Below, piece by piece: positions 38,701-52,700 of a stretch of 64,000 nucleotides of DNA (positions are counted from its first letter, which is position 1; each line of letters opens with the position of its first letter). Below the pieces are notes generated by a model. The model was not told where the DNA came from and did not search any database. It saw only the letters and a program-made list of their open reading frames with translations. The stretch lies in assembly GCF_964355755.1 (NCBI RefSeq), contig NC_092672.1, forward strand, positions 32,680,437 through 32,744,436. Direction: 5' to 3'. The translations under genes and the position numbers were made by a program. This stretch comes from Antedon mediterranea. Lineage: Eukaryota > Animalia > Echinodermata.

Positions 38701-41700
38701 TGTATTGTTATTATAAGGTTCTTACTGCTGGTTTGGACGGCAAAGCTGTAGAAAAAGTCATGATTTTCGATCGGATTACAACAACCAGGTTTTAAAAAAC
38801 TTTGGCATTGCCTTTCTGAGACATAATCAGTTGAAAACTCTACTTCGATGGAAGTGTCCACAGTTTACAGTACCAGAATTATGTGGACAATACAGAAGAA
38901 ACATGGGCTGTGGCAAGGAACACTGTAGGTTTCTACATATATGCAGGTAAGAATATTTCACATGTATAATAGTTGCAACCTCTGTAAAGTAAAAATTATT
39001 TATTTTATGATAAAATTAGTAAAATAATAAAAAGTGGTTCAGGTTCCTGGGCCGGATTGCCTCCAGCATTATCACACACACACAAATGAGGTAAATGAGG
39101 TAATAAAGTAATTATAACAAAACAAATATTTCATTTGCATTGAACCTTCAAGCATCATGGTCAATCTTCAAGTGCTAGTTATGAGAATAAGAATCATAAA
39201 ACTGCATAATAAAAAATTCTGTTTCCAGAAGTGTTGTGATGGAAACTTGCAGCTATGGAAAAAGATGCAAGTTTGCCCATGACATCTATCAAATAGAGTC
39301 CAATGTGGAATTACTGAATAAGTTTCAAATTAGCTATAGCTCGGATGATACCATCCGCTTGATCAAAGAGCGCCATCAGGGAATCTATCGACCTGATGTT
39401 GAGGTCTTGCAGAGTGACGGAGAAGATAATCAATGTAGTCAGGAAGAGTGCATCGATGAAGAAAGTCCAGAAATCAGTCCACCTATCTCTCCTATATTAA
39501 TTACTCATAGGGATTTCGTTTCTCAAGAATACTCAAGAAGAGATACTTTTACTCATAAATCGGAACAAATGGTTAGACAAACAAGTTCAAAACATAATTT
39601 TGCTCCATTTAAATCAAACGTCCAAGATATGCCTAAGAGTTCTTCGGTAATGATTGCAGCTAAGCAATCAACACAATATGTTGCAAATAATGAGATACAA
39701 CAGAAGTCATACCAAGTTCAACCACTACCTAGTACCAAAGGAGAAAGGATTACACAACATGCACCATACCAGAAACAGGACAATTTCCAAGATATACCAA
39801 AGATGTCTTCGGTAATGACTGCAGTTAAACCATTGCAATATGACATTGAAACTAATCTGTTAGAAGAAAAGTCAGATATCCAGTCTGCATTCGTTTCTAC
39901 AAGTCAAGTTCAACCACTATCTAGTTGTAGAAGCAACGAAGAAAGGAACACATACACATACACATACAATCTAAGTCCAAAAAGTCCTTCATCAAACCTT
40001 AATTTCCAAGAAATTCCAACAAATTTGTCAGTTATGGCTGCAGCTAAACCATCAATATCACATATTGCAACTAATGTTTTAGAAATGAAGGTAGATTCTG
40101 CAAAGCAAGTTCAGTCACTACCTAGTAAAAAAAAAGAAATGGGTATTGCCAGATTCACAAAAAGTCCAATACAAGTGAAAATGAGAGAAATTTGCAAGGA
40201 CTACCTGAAAGGAAACTGCAGTAGTGGCAGTATGTGTCAGAGAATGCATTGTGATCTTCCTTATCAATGGCAAATGTCCATTAATGGTAGGTGGGTTGAT
40301 TTTGATGATAGATCAAATCTGAAAGTGGAAGAAGGATTTTGTGGAGAAATCACTGATTGTCCTCAGTTTCCTGTAAATACTACCATGTAAGTTTTGGACT
40401 CTTTATTGCTTAAGCCCTGTCTACATTTTATCAAACTACTGTAGTTGACAATAAAAGTGTGATGTACCCAACTATGGTTGTGATATGCCCAAATATTTTA
40501 GTGATATGACATCATCATGTCTCTGTGTAGACAGAGTTTTGGAAGTTTAAGTAAAGATTGTACTTTATGATAGTGTTGATGAAATTGAAGCACAAAATAA
40601 GCAGCTGGTATTGCAAAGAAAATTGTAGTTCAAGTTTTGTTTTTATATCTGCAAAATACATTCCATAACCAATTTATTGCTTGCTGACTACAATCACTAA
40701 GTTCATCCTGTTTATTCTACTTTAGTTATAAGAATTATATGCAGTTGTATTTTTTGTATTAAAAAATCTGAATTTTGAAATGAATTAATGGCTATTACTC
40801 TTCTTCTTTTTAAAAAAGGGATGTGTGTTTTGATAGCATGCTTGCATCTGATGGGTTAGACCTCTTTTCAGTTGAGCGACTGGAAGTCAAAGGTGATGAA
40901 GATGTTTCTGATGCCTATCTGGTATCTCCGTGGTCTTGGTATTGGCAGGATGAATGTGGAAAGTGGATTGAATACAGCGAACAGGTAGGCTTGTTTAAAT
41001 ATTTTATCTTCTCAACACTCCTCAACCAACAAAAAGAGAGCAGTAAGCAAGTAACTACAGTAAATAGTGCAGGGAAGAATAGTGCAGGAGCAGAGAAATA
41101 TTGCTATTCATGCTCCAGCATACAGTACAGTATTTTGTATTATTAGAACATGATTAAAACAAGATTAATTTCCATTTTTAATTAGAATACCAAGCAGAGT
41201 GCACGATCAGACAAAGAAAGTTCAGATTTTGAAAGTTTGTTTAAAGCTTATAAAAATGAAAATGGAAGTTCCAGCGTTAAATTCAAGGCTGGCAATCAAA
41301 ACTACACTTTGGACTTCTCTGCCATGAGCCAAACCAATGATAGATACCATACCAGAAGACCTGTTTGTCGAAGACCAGTCAGACAGATAAAACCAAAGGA
41401 TGTTGAGAAGTACAGAAAAGAAAAACCTTGGTAAAAAATAATAATTGTTAAATTATTCTTATTCGTATTTCTGAAGTCAGAATTAATTATTTCTCCTAGA
41501 TCATACGAAGGTATTTACTACCACATACTACTATGTTCCATTCTATAGCGGGTACTCTCCCTCATCACACACCACCCCAGTAGTTTAAAATATTCCCAGT
41601 ACAAATTCTGGTTATGTTAATCTAGTACTCTCAACCCCTAACCTTGTGTATGGAAGTTTGCAATAACAAACAAGTACTCAACCTGTAGCCCTAGTTTACT

Positions 41701-43126
41701 TTTACCAGGGAAGTTCATTTCACTCTTTCCTGCTGTTACCTTTTTTGTTATATTATATACTTAGGTTACACACTCATACTTTCCCAAGGACTTGGGATAC
41801 AACCATCAAAACAAAAACACATCGTCTTGTAAGAGTGACTAAGGAAGCAAATAACGAAGAATACAAAGAAATATCCAAACTATTTAAAAGAACTCTTCCA
41901 GATGGAGCAATAACTCGACTTGAACGAGTCCAGAATGAGATCTGCTGGGAAGCCTTTGCACGGTAAATTTTAAAATTATATGATAAATTGTTTACACTGT
42001 TTGACAGTAGTGATGTTATGGTATGAAAGATACATACTAATTTATAATAGCAATGCTATAGTTAATGCACTTACTACTTTTCTTAATTTTTATTAAAAAG
42101 TTTTGGGCCATATTATAAGAGCTTATGACATGAAGGTTATGGAATTTTTAAATAAAGCCTAAAGAAGGCCTTTAGCCTCGAACCAGACCATTGGTTCCCC
42201 ACTGCAGCCAAATGTTGATAGCTTCATTTGCCTGACTACTTTAAATATTGTGTCTATTGACCCTGAACTCTTTTTTCATTGATTTTTTAACAATTTATTT
42301 TTGTCTCACAAGGCAAAGGGAAACCATGATGAAGAAAAACTCTCGTAGAAAAATTGAAGAGCTCCAACTGTTTCATGGAACAATGCAGGATAAAGTTGAT
42401 GATATCTGTCGTGATAATTTTGACTTTCGCTTGAGTGGTACACGAGTTGGTCATGTTTATGGACAAGGAGCTTACTTCGCAAAGTCAGCAAAGTATTCCA
42501 ATGATTACGCTGAAAAAGACAGTGCTGGTAGGAAGAGGATGTTTGTTGCAAGAATTCTTGTTGGTAGCTACACAGTTGGCACAAAAGAGATGCGCCGGCC
42601 ACCGTTTAAAGACCCGGCAGATAAGTCAAAGGGGATGTATGACTCTTGTGTTGATGATGCAGCTAATCCAAGTATTTTTGTGGTGTTTGATAACCATCAG
42701 GTTTATCCAGAATATCTGATTACATATACCATTTCATCGCCTAATACAACATTATCTAGAGCATCAAACATTCAACCATCTATTGCGACCTCCTACCCAT
42801 CATCAAGAACTGCAGCAAGTGCCAGCCATTCAGGGTACAGTAACCCATATTCATCAAGCAGGTATAGCCCACCTACTGTCCGATCTTCAAGTTCAAACCA
42901 ACCATCTTACACTAACAACCCATACTCAGCAAGCAGGTATAGCCCACCTACTGTCCGATCTTCAAGTTCAAACCAACCATCTTACACTAACAACCCATAC
43001 TCAGCAAGCAGGTATAGCCCACCTACCATTCGATCTTCAAGTTCAAACCAACCATCTTACAGTAGTCCAAGTAGTTTGCCAAGGAGGGACAGCAAAGCAG
43101 ATAATAATAAATGTATTTGTATGTAA
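35703..43126 (+). pseudogene. PARP12/ZAP-like copy 2: +1 frameshift in exon 1, remaining nine exons apparently intact (36412-36637, 36854-37188, 37630-38007, 38718-38946, 39229-40386, 40819-40984, 41186-41430, 41765-41962, 42313-43126)
   Basis: A8 run at 36016-36023 replaces aaaagaa of copy 1, giving a stop at 36029; downstream splice sites and ORFs conserved; ends CICM. Confidence 0.7.
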
Positions 43127-44872
43127 TGAAAGTTGCTGCTAGCAGTTTCTCGTTTTATGATTGGGCACCATCTACAGTAAATAAGTGAAATTATGATAAC
43201 CTCTGTACGACCTGATTGTAAAATCCTAAGATAGCCCAAAGGCTACAGGGGAATTAAAAGGTTTAGGAGGAGATATAGTAACAAATATGGGGTTAGTGCT
43301 ATTATAATATAGATATAATATAATATATAATTTAGATGTCTTCCAAAAACGTTTGGTTTGTATTCCTTTGTTGTGTATTTCTTTGTTTATTGTGGTTAAT
43401 AGATTCAAAGTTGTGTAACTAAAATCTCCATTATTGTCATCAACCCATCCACCACCAATCCTGATTTCTTCCCTGCATCCATAGCAACGGCAGGTGCAGA
43501 CAAGGGTTAGTACCATCGCCATCACAGCTATTGTTATAAATTGTCAAAACAAAAGCATTTTTTATAGTGTCAGTTAAATACACTAACTAAATCAGGTTTT
43601 TTTTATTCATCTCTTTCAAGGGAGTATAAATACAAACTTAAAATTAACAATCGATTAATATTGTTTAAGTGTATGATTGTAAACTTTAATATTATTTGTG
43701 TGCTTTACTATAAAGAATATATATATATATATTATATCAATTTACTTTACAGTAGTTAAGTTAATTCAACATTTGGTCATTTCTATCAATAGTACAATAA
43801 ACAAAATCGTAATATTACCATTAATAGATAATCTTACAAGAAGAAATAACTTGTCACTCAAGACCCATAAACGAAAAATATTCACTTCAATATAAATATA
43901 ATAAGGTCATAACAATAAAAATTTAAAGGTCTAATTTGAATACAATGATGACAGGTGATTTTAAGTGTGTTACGAAATGTTTAAAGAGAAGAAGAGTTAT
44001 TTTATTGATTCCATATTAAAATAAATGGAAATAAATTATTCTTATTCTTTATTGCCAATCAACAACAAATAAAACAAACAACTACAAAGTAAGAGGCAGG
44101 AAACACAAACAAGACAAGAGCCTGTGAATCCTCTTACCAAATATAAAAAAAAAACATTCATAAAAATACAAAAACAAGCAGAAAAGTAAAAACACTTTAC
44201 TCATAGAAGAAATTCAAATCTGTCTCCTTACAAACAAACGGAATAGTTTACTGAAACTTATGACGGTACTTCTCTGATATGGATAAATTCATCATGGGAG
44301 ATTGGTAATTCATAAAATAAGAGACTCGAAAAAGTAATATGTATTTCTAATATCACGCTTATTAATCAACTTATCTGATTTATCAATATGAGAAAATAGT
44401 CAGCAGCACAAGAAGAAAAAGGTGAATTAATACAGAACGTAAGGTGATTAATAATGAGTAGAGAAACCAACTTAATGACGTATGATGTAATTCTATTATG
44501 CCACTACCTATTTGGATCAAGACCATTTATAATTATCATCACTTCATGTTTTAAAAAAATGAAAGGAGAAGGGAATCAGGAAGATATGATTTAGGATTAA
44601 TTGAAGTCTGGCATAGAATTTTAAAGTGAAGTGCCAATTTTTGAAAAAAAAATATTAAATTAATGAAATGATTATAAATATCTTCTTCAGATGTATGGAT
44701 AGTTTTGGCTTGACTTACATTGTATTAATCGATTCTGCCTACAAAATATATAAGTACGTTTAAAAGATCAATTTAATTTGCTTTTGCTTAATTTTATTTT
44801 GCATCTCAAATAAGATTATTAGCCACTGTTTAGTATCCACATCATTATTTCGAAATTTGGCTTCAGATGTAA

Positions 44873-45231
44873 AGCTCTGTCTACACTATCAAATTTTATG
44901 TGACAAAAAATGTGATAGGCCTATATAGGGACATGATGATGTCATATCACTTCCATATTTGTGCATATCATTACCATATATGGGCACATCACACTTTTTG
45001 TCACATAAAGTTTGAGAGTGTAGACAGAGCTTAATTTATTTTCTTTCAGAATGAAACAAATTAAATTTTAAACTACAGCATATAATACTGTATATTATGT
45101 GACAAAAAATGTGATAGGCCTATATAGGGACATGATGATGTTATATCACTTCCATATTTGTGCATATCATTACCATATATGGGCACATCACACTTTTTGT
45201 CACATAAAGTTTGAGAGTGTAGACAGAGCTT
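44873..45231. mobile_element. Short MITE (44873-45031) plus a partial tandem duplicate (~45097-45231)
   Basis: Equivalent to 31509-31667; second partial copy found only in this duplicate. Confidence 0.8.
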
Positions 45232-45852
45232 AATTTATTTTCTTTCAGAATGTTTCAACAAACAGTACATACATTATTTTATTATTTATTTATGATCTGT
45301 AGAAATGTGGTAGTACAGTAGTGTTGTATGATTATACGAATGTATTAAACAATTTTTATTCTATAATAAATTAACATGAATATTACATTTGGATTGTTCT
45401 TTATGACAATTTGATTCTTTTTGTGGTGTAAAAGCTTTTTGAAAGTAACAAAGATATACTGTATGATCGGTGAACAACATGAGTCACAATAAAAACCAAA
45501 CGCAATGATACAGCTGTACCCACTAAACAAATAACATTCATTCAATGAAAATTGAAGATTCGACAATTGATCTTATTTTGTCATGTCGGGTTTTGAATAT
45601 ATTGTTGGTTAGTGTAGATCAAACAAATAAATAGTGAAATTCCTCTTCAGTATCATTTCTATTCCACAGTGTTTGGACTTTAAACTCAATTACACGCGAC
45701 TTAAATTAGACCTTTGGAACTACCAGACAAACCGTTCGGATCCAAAAATGTGGGCCTACACATTAACCCAACAAAATCTACCCAGAAAGGTCATATTTTA
45801 TGCATCTTTTTCAACATTGGTCGACTTGATCCTTTGTTACTTATTTTACTTA

Positions 45853-46037
45853 TTTATTTATTTATTTATTTATTTCGTTTTCTTTCAGTAGGGTAGCCCT
45901 CTCAGTAATAAAATAACTGCTCTTCCGAGGGGCCCTACGGCACATTTAAACAAACAACTTAAACTAAACTTAAACTAAAACTTAAACTAAAACTAAACTT
46001 CAATGCATGTTCTCATTATTATTATAACTTTTATACC
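45853..46037 (-). mobile_element. 5'-truncated non-LTR retroelement 3' end with (TAAA)n tail
   Basis: Absent from the homologous sites at ~32342 and ~58052; gggtagccctctcagt...gaggggccc resembles the SINE 3' end at 5225-5265. Confidence 0.65.
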
Positions 46038-46693
46038 ATCTTGTGGTTAATCGGCGATGGTAAATTCTACTGAGGTAGGTTTTGGAAACAGCTTTCTCAA
46101 ATTGTCCAGGGAAGCCGCACGCGGCCATTACAAATGGTAATGTAAATATATAGACCCGAAATCACTGAATAATACAAAGATAAATATTTTCCTATCCTAA
46201 TATACCGATAATATAAATAATATGTAATTACCTGCCTGCCTGTCGGTCATTTCTTCTCCGTCGAGTAATAAAAATGTCATTGCCCGGTACGACCAATGCC
46301 ATCTAGTAGGGTTTTACCATATATAAAATCTTATCATCTACCTTAATGTTAAATTTAATTTATATTAACTATTTTCTACCAAAACCTGAACTATTGTTTT
46401 TTTGTCATAGAACCTTCAACAACAGGCTCAATCCAGCGCTCGGTATACGTGACGCAAACTTGTATATTTATGTATTCAAATCACTATTTGGCAGTTTGTT
46501 TCCTTACAAATTGCATAAAACAAACAATTAAATAACCAAAACACATTAAACATGATTTTAGCATGTAATTTTAACATTTTACATTCTACATTATAAACCC
46601 TACCTGGCGTAGATTTGTATGCTAATAACTATCTGTATACATTCCAATTTTCAGAAGAAAATTATGAAATAAGTACTAAGTATTATTTTACAC

Positions 46694-49455
46694 ATGGCTG
46701 CATCAGGTACGATAGTTCTCCAATTTAAGATCTCAAATTTCACAAATCCTGAATTTCAGCATACATCCATTCAAAGAAATAACATATTAGTGAACTTATT
46801 AAAATATTTAAACAAATATTTATTTTGCCATTGTAAAATGTTCTTTTCTATTTAGTACTTCTATTTTAAAATTATTTATAAAAATATATTATTTGTCTTA
46901 ATTATATCAAACCGTTTATAACATTTAATCTGTTTTCGCTATATAGAAAGACTTGACTCATCTTTTAAACAAGGTTTAATAACTTTTTCAACTTGGTATG
47001 ACGAACGTTCGTACATAACAAAACTAAAAGTGTTGTACCAAGGTAAAATTGCAGAAACGGATTTATACAATGCCTCAACGACGATGGACTTGCTGAATCA
47101 TTTATCTGATTCTGGGGATCACAGTTCAACAGATTACACTATTCTTTGTGATACAATAAAGGCCACTAAACAGTTTGGTATTATTGAAGAACTTCGAGTT
47201 CACATTCCATCTTTCCCGAATGTAAGAGAAGAAATCATTATTTCCAAGTTCAGTCATTATCAACAAAACATTATGAATTTAGGAAATGAACTAATACAGG
47301 AAGAAGTGAAAAAAATTGACATTATGTTCAATAAACCTCCAAAGAATCATAAAGATGGATGGAATCTCCTTTTGGATTTACAGCACAAACAAATTATTTG
47401 TGAAGAAGAGAAAAAAATGGATACATTTATTAAGACCTTAGATAATCTTGGATTATCTCGCGCTGTAGCAGCTCTTACTCAAGGTACAATGTGATGAGTT
47501 TATTGGAACATGCTTACATTAAGCTCTGTCTACACTATCAAACTTATATCAAAAAATGTGATGTGCCCATACAGTATAAATATGATGACGTCATATCACT
47601 ACCATATTTAAGCATATCACTACCATATTTTGGCATATCACTACCATATTTTGGCATATCACTACCATATTTTGGCATATCACTACCATATTTTGGCATA
47701 TCACTACCATATTTTGGCATATCACTACCAAAATTTGGCATATCACTACCATATTTTGGCATATCACTACCATATTTTGGCATATCACTACCATATTTTG
47801 GCATATCACTACCATATTTAGGCATATCACTACCATATTTAGGCATATCACTACCATATTTTGGCATATCACTACCATATTTAGGCATATCACTACCATA
47901 TTTTGGCATATCACTACCATATTTTGGCATATCACTACCATATTTTGGCATATCACTACCATATTTAGGCATATCACTACCATATTTAGGCATATAACTA
48001 CCATATTTTGGCATATCACTACCATATTTAGGCATATCACTACCATATTTAGGCATATTACTACCATATTTAGGCATATCACTACCATATTTAGGCATAT
48101 CACTACCATATTTAGGCATATCACTGCCATATTTAGGCATATCACTACCATATTTTGGCATATCACTACCATATTTAGGCATATCACTACCATATTTAGG
48201 CATATCACTACCATATTTAGGCATATCACTACCATATTTAGGCATATCACTACCATATTTAGGCATATCACTACCATATTTAGGCATATCACTACCATAT
48301 TTAGGCATATCACTACCATATTTAGGCATATCACTACCATATTTAGGCATATCACTACCATATTTAGGCATATCACTACCATATTTAGGCATATCACTAC
48401 CATAGTTAAGCATATCCCTACCATATTTAGGCATATCACTACCATATTTAGGCATATCACTACCATATTTAGGCATATCACTACCATATTTAGGCATATC
48501 ACACTTTTTTTGTCAAACTAGTTTGATAGTGTAAACAGAGCTTAAGAGAAAGTTATTTGAAAGCAATTTTTTTGCTTTCTACATAGTTTTAAAAATATTA
48601 CTTAAATAATTTAAAACTTTCTATATATAATCAAACAATTGTAAATCATGTATGAAATTGGTTCTTATTAATCAGAAATCATCAAAATATTTTAAATATC
48701 ATTACAGATGTTCCAATATCCGTTACTATGAAACGTAAGTCTGACCATGAAGACAATCAAGCTCTAAAGAGAACCTGTCTTCCCGCTGTATCTACACAAA
48801 GAAATCTTAATGGAAAACTAGAATGTTTTCAAAGCATTATTGATGAAATTCTGCGATCTTTACATACTCTATCTAAAATTAGGCCATCATCACTAAAAGA
48901 TATTGATGACAATCTACAATCTTTACCACCTAATCTTTCTGATAATACACCATCTGTACTCGCAACTATCCTTCAAAATCTGAAGTCTTTACAAAAAAAC
49001 TATTAATGATAATCTACAAACATTACAATGTACTCTTAATATTGAAAATAGGCCTGTGGAAAGACGTATTTATAAAAAACTGCAATCATTAAAAACCTTT
49101 CTTAAAAAAAGGAAACAATGTTTGTCAAATTTCACACCAACATTTTGTAAATACATAGGGGAACTAAACACTATGACACAAGATGATGAGCAGAGATTAT
49201 TTAGGACAGTACAACTCCTGATTTCTTTCTGCCAAAGATATGGATGTGAATTAAGCAAGCTGGAACGCAAATGTATAGTTTTTACTTTTTCTGTACTGGA
49301 CCCCATTGCTCTGGTTAATCTGTGGAATATGTGTCAAACGGGAGAGCTTCTTATAAAAGTGTCAAAGGAGCATCAGAAGACATTTCAAGTGGAATGGACA
49401 ACAGAAATTGACAAAAACAAATATAAGGAAGCACTTTGTATGCTTGAACGAGAAG
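46694..49455 (+). pseudogene. 5' exons of the DED/TRADD-N-like gene (copy 2): 46694-46706, 46947-47483, 48708-~49455 (frameshifted, donor lost)
   Basis: Near-identical to 33006-35370; +1 in the A7 run at ~48993 gives a stop at 49006. Confidence 0.75.
47522..48542. mobile_element. MITE with 21-bp minisatellite expanded to ~43 units
   Basis: Same TIRs and insertion site as 33834-34456. Confidence 0.9.
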
Positions 49456-49787
49456 GAAGAGAAAACTGTTCAATGCTTCAATCGAATGAACAATTTTTTA
49501 CAGGCATGTTATAATAAGGATTATTTTGAACCAAGTGATTTTTCAATGAACACATGTGTAGGCTATAAAGGTTCAGTCGAATATCGCATTAACCTAACAG
49601 CAATAACATTTACAAATAGTATAGATTCCAAATATATTAGAAAATCATCTTGATGTTGAGTGGTACACAGACTTAACAAGAATTATGCTTTATACACATT
49701 TTTTTGGGATATTGCAATTTGAGCAATTATAAAATAAATTGGTCCGAGTATATTATGATTTTATTTTTTCTTTGTTACTCTATAGCA

Positions 49788-52700
49788 ATGACAGACAACA
49801 GAAAAAGACAACGTTATCGTGGTGGCCGTGGGCGGAGTGGTCAAACAAATAAACAAAATTGTTTAACAAGCAAATCGCATGTGATAGAGAAAGCTTTGAA
49901 GACAGTCTGTGAAAATGGTGGTAGTATTTCTTTTGAAGATCTTGAAGTAAAAGTTGGAAAGATTTCACCTGATCTAGAAAGTTTTGAATACATGATATCA
50001 CATCTTGATCATGAGTATTACCATTTTACCTTGATAGACCATGAAGATGGTAGTACTGATGTTCAAGTGTTTACTCAAGTTAAGATCTGCCCATCCTACC
50101 AAAAAAAATGGTGAATGCAGGAAAAGTGATACTTGCACAGATTTACACCTGTGTGGTTACTTTGCTACAGGTACGGTTTATAATTGGCAGTCTATTGTTT
50201 TGTTATTATTTTTTTTAATTTGTTATTTAAAAATAAGTATGATAACAGTTTTTAAAAATGTGTTAACAAAGCAAAAATGTGGACATTCAAAGAAACTTCC
50301 CCAGTAATTGTGTATTCAAAACTATTAACTAATTAAAGGCCTATTAATATGATCTGTAATCAAAACTTTGAAGTTTGAGACTTTAAAAAATGCAAAACAA
50401 CATGTCTAAACTGAACATTTCTGGTATTCTGTGGCAATGGGCCAGAACCACGTTCTTGGTAAGGAAAGAGCAACTAAATAAGTTATTTTATTAAAGGTTC
50501 TTTCTGCTGGTTTGGAAGAACTTGTAGCAAAACTCATCATTACCGATCAGATCACAACAAGCAGGTGTTAAGAAACTTTAAAATTGCCTTCTTGCCCCAA
50601 GAACAGGCAAGTGTGCTATTTCGATGGGCCTGGCCACATTTTACTGTTCCAGATTTCTGTGGAAAATACCGCAGTAATACAGGTTGTGGCAAGCATAATT
50701 GCAGATTTCTACATCTTTGCAAGTAAGAATAACTGATTTTTATAAATTCTTTAAAAGCTGAAATAAAGAAACTTTAAACCACCCAGCGATTGCTTGGATT
50801 GTGCTTCTTGTCTGTCTGTGGGGCCAGCTACATAGTGTTAGAACCTTAACACTACGTTCTTTTACCGAAACAGATATTGACCAATTTACAACAATTAAGT
50901 TGTACAGCAACTTTTCTCATGCCCTCTTTGCATTTCAGAAATCATGTTATGGAAACTTGCAAATTTGGAGCACGATGTAAGTTTGACCATGAAATTTACC
51001 ATGATGGATCTAACACCCAATTATTGAAGCATTTTGGAATTAGACTGGGTAACAGTTCTGATGATATAATCCGCCTGATTAAAGAGCGCCATGAAGGATT
51101 CTATTGTCCTGATGTTAAGGTGCTTCAGGGTGAATATGCAAAAACTGAGAGCGAATATAGTTTTGGGGAACGCAGCGGTGAGGAAGAAAGCCAATACAGT
51201 CCAGAAGAGGGCAGCGATGACGATAGAGAAAGCATTGTATCTAGTTCTACTTATGAGTTATATCAGAGAGCAGGTAAGTTAAGTATACTCTAAATTTACA
51301 AACAAAACAGCTAATTTGAGAGAAAAAAATGATTAATGAAGTGCAGATAATCAAATAATCATACAAAGATATCTCCCTTGTTAATTACAAATGATTCCCA
51401 AAATTTCGAGAGATTTCTTGTCATTTCCCACCAAATTCTCCTGATTGTTTTAGTACAAAAAGAACATCCTGAAATTCATAAATTTATCATTTAGGCTCTA
51501 CAAATAAAAAAAATGCGTTGCCATCACAATGTACGTCATCATATGTCATGCTTGGAGTGCCTGGCTTACTGTAGATGCTGATGCTAGAAATTTAAAATAG
51601 CACCATCTATTGGTAGTTGTATTTTTCTTTAAAATATTGCGTCCTCTATGGTAATATAAAAATCCTGTTTTTTGAATAGATAAATCATTAAATTTTAATT
51701 TTATTTCTAATTAGCTTCCAACACTAGACAAAGGCACAGACATCGCCATCGCGGTCGTCGACGTGATTATAATCGAAGAAAAAAAGAAGAAAGTCTGACA
51801 AGTAAATCTTCTGTGGCTGAGAGATCACTGCAAGTAGTCTGTCAAAATGGTGGTAGTATTTCAGCGCAAGACCTTAAAGAGAAAGTTGGAAAGGTTTCAC
51901 CCGATCTAGGAAGTTTGGAAAACATCATATCAGACCTCGATCATGAGAATTACCATTTTAAGTTCATAGACTATGAAGATGATAATGTTGATGTTACAGT
52001 GTACACCCAAGTTAATATCTGTCAAACATATCAAAAGAATGAATGCACAGATGACTGCACAGATTTACACCTGTGTGGTTACTTTGCTACAGGTACGGTA
52101 GTCTGCTTTAAGTTGCTGTTGTTGCTAACGTTTTCCGTCTTCCGACATTACGCTTTCCACAATTTGTTTCCATTTTTTTCTGTTTATGGCAGGATGGTTT
52201 GTTATTGTGTTAGTGTCTACTAGTCCTTGTAAGTCTTTCTTTATTTGATTCATCCAGTTATTTCTTGGTCTTCCTATGGGTCGTTTTACTTTCGATCCTG
52301 TTAGTTTCCTTCATTGTTTGTTTGATTGGTAGTCTGCTTTAACCCACCTATTAAATGCAGTATCAGAAGTACCCTCTATGTAGAGGGGTAAAACCCCATC
52401 TATAGCTTCAATAGAATTTTTCTGGAGAAAGACTCCAAAACCCTTGTTCTTCTCATCTGCAATCTGAAGTTTGTGTATCTTTGGAAACTTTACACAGAAA
52501 GTATTACTGAAATATTTTAATCCTTTGCTATTTCAATATAATACAGTAATACTCAAGGAGAGACCACTCAATTTTCAGAGCAATTTTTTTCCCAGTATCA
52601 TATGAATATTCGGTAATACAGTGTCTCATATGTATCATATGCCTGTATCATGTAAGGTTAGGTTAATGGTTAGGTTATATGGTCTATAATATAAGGCAAT

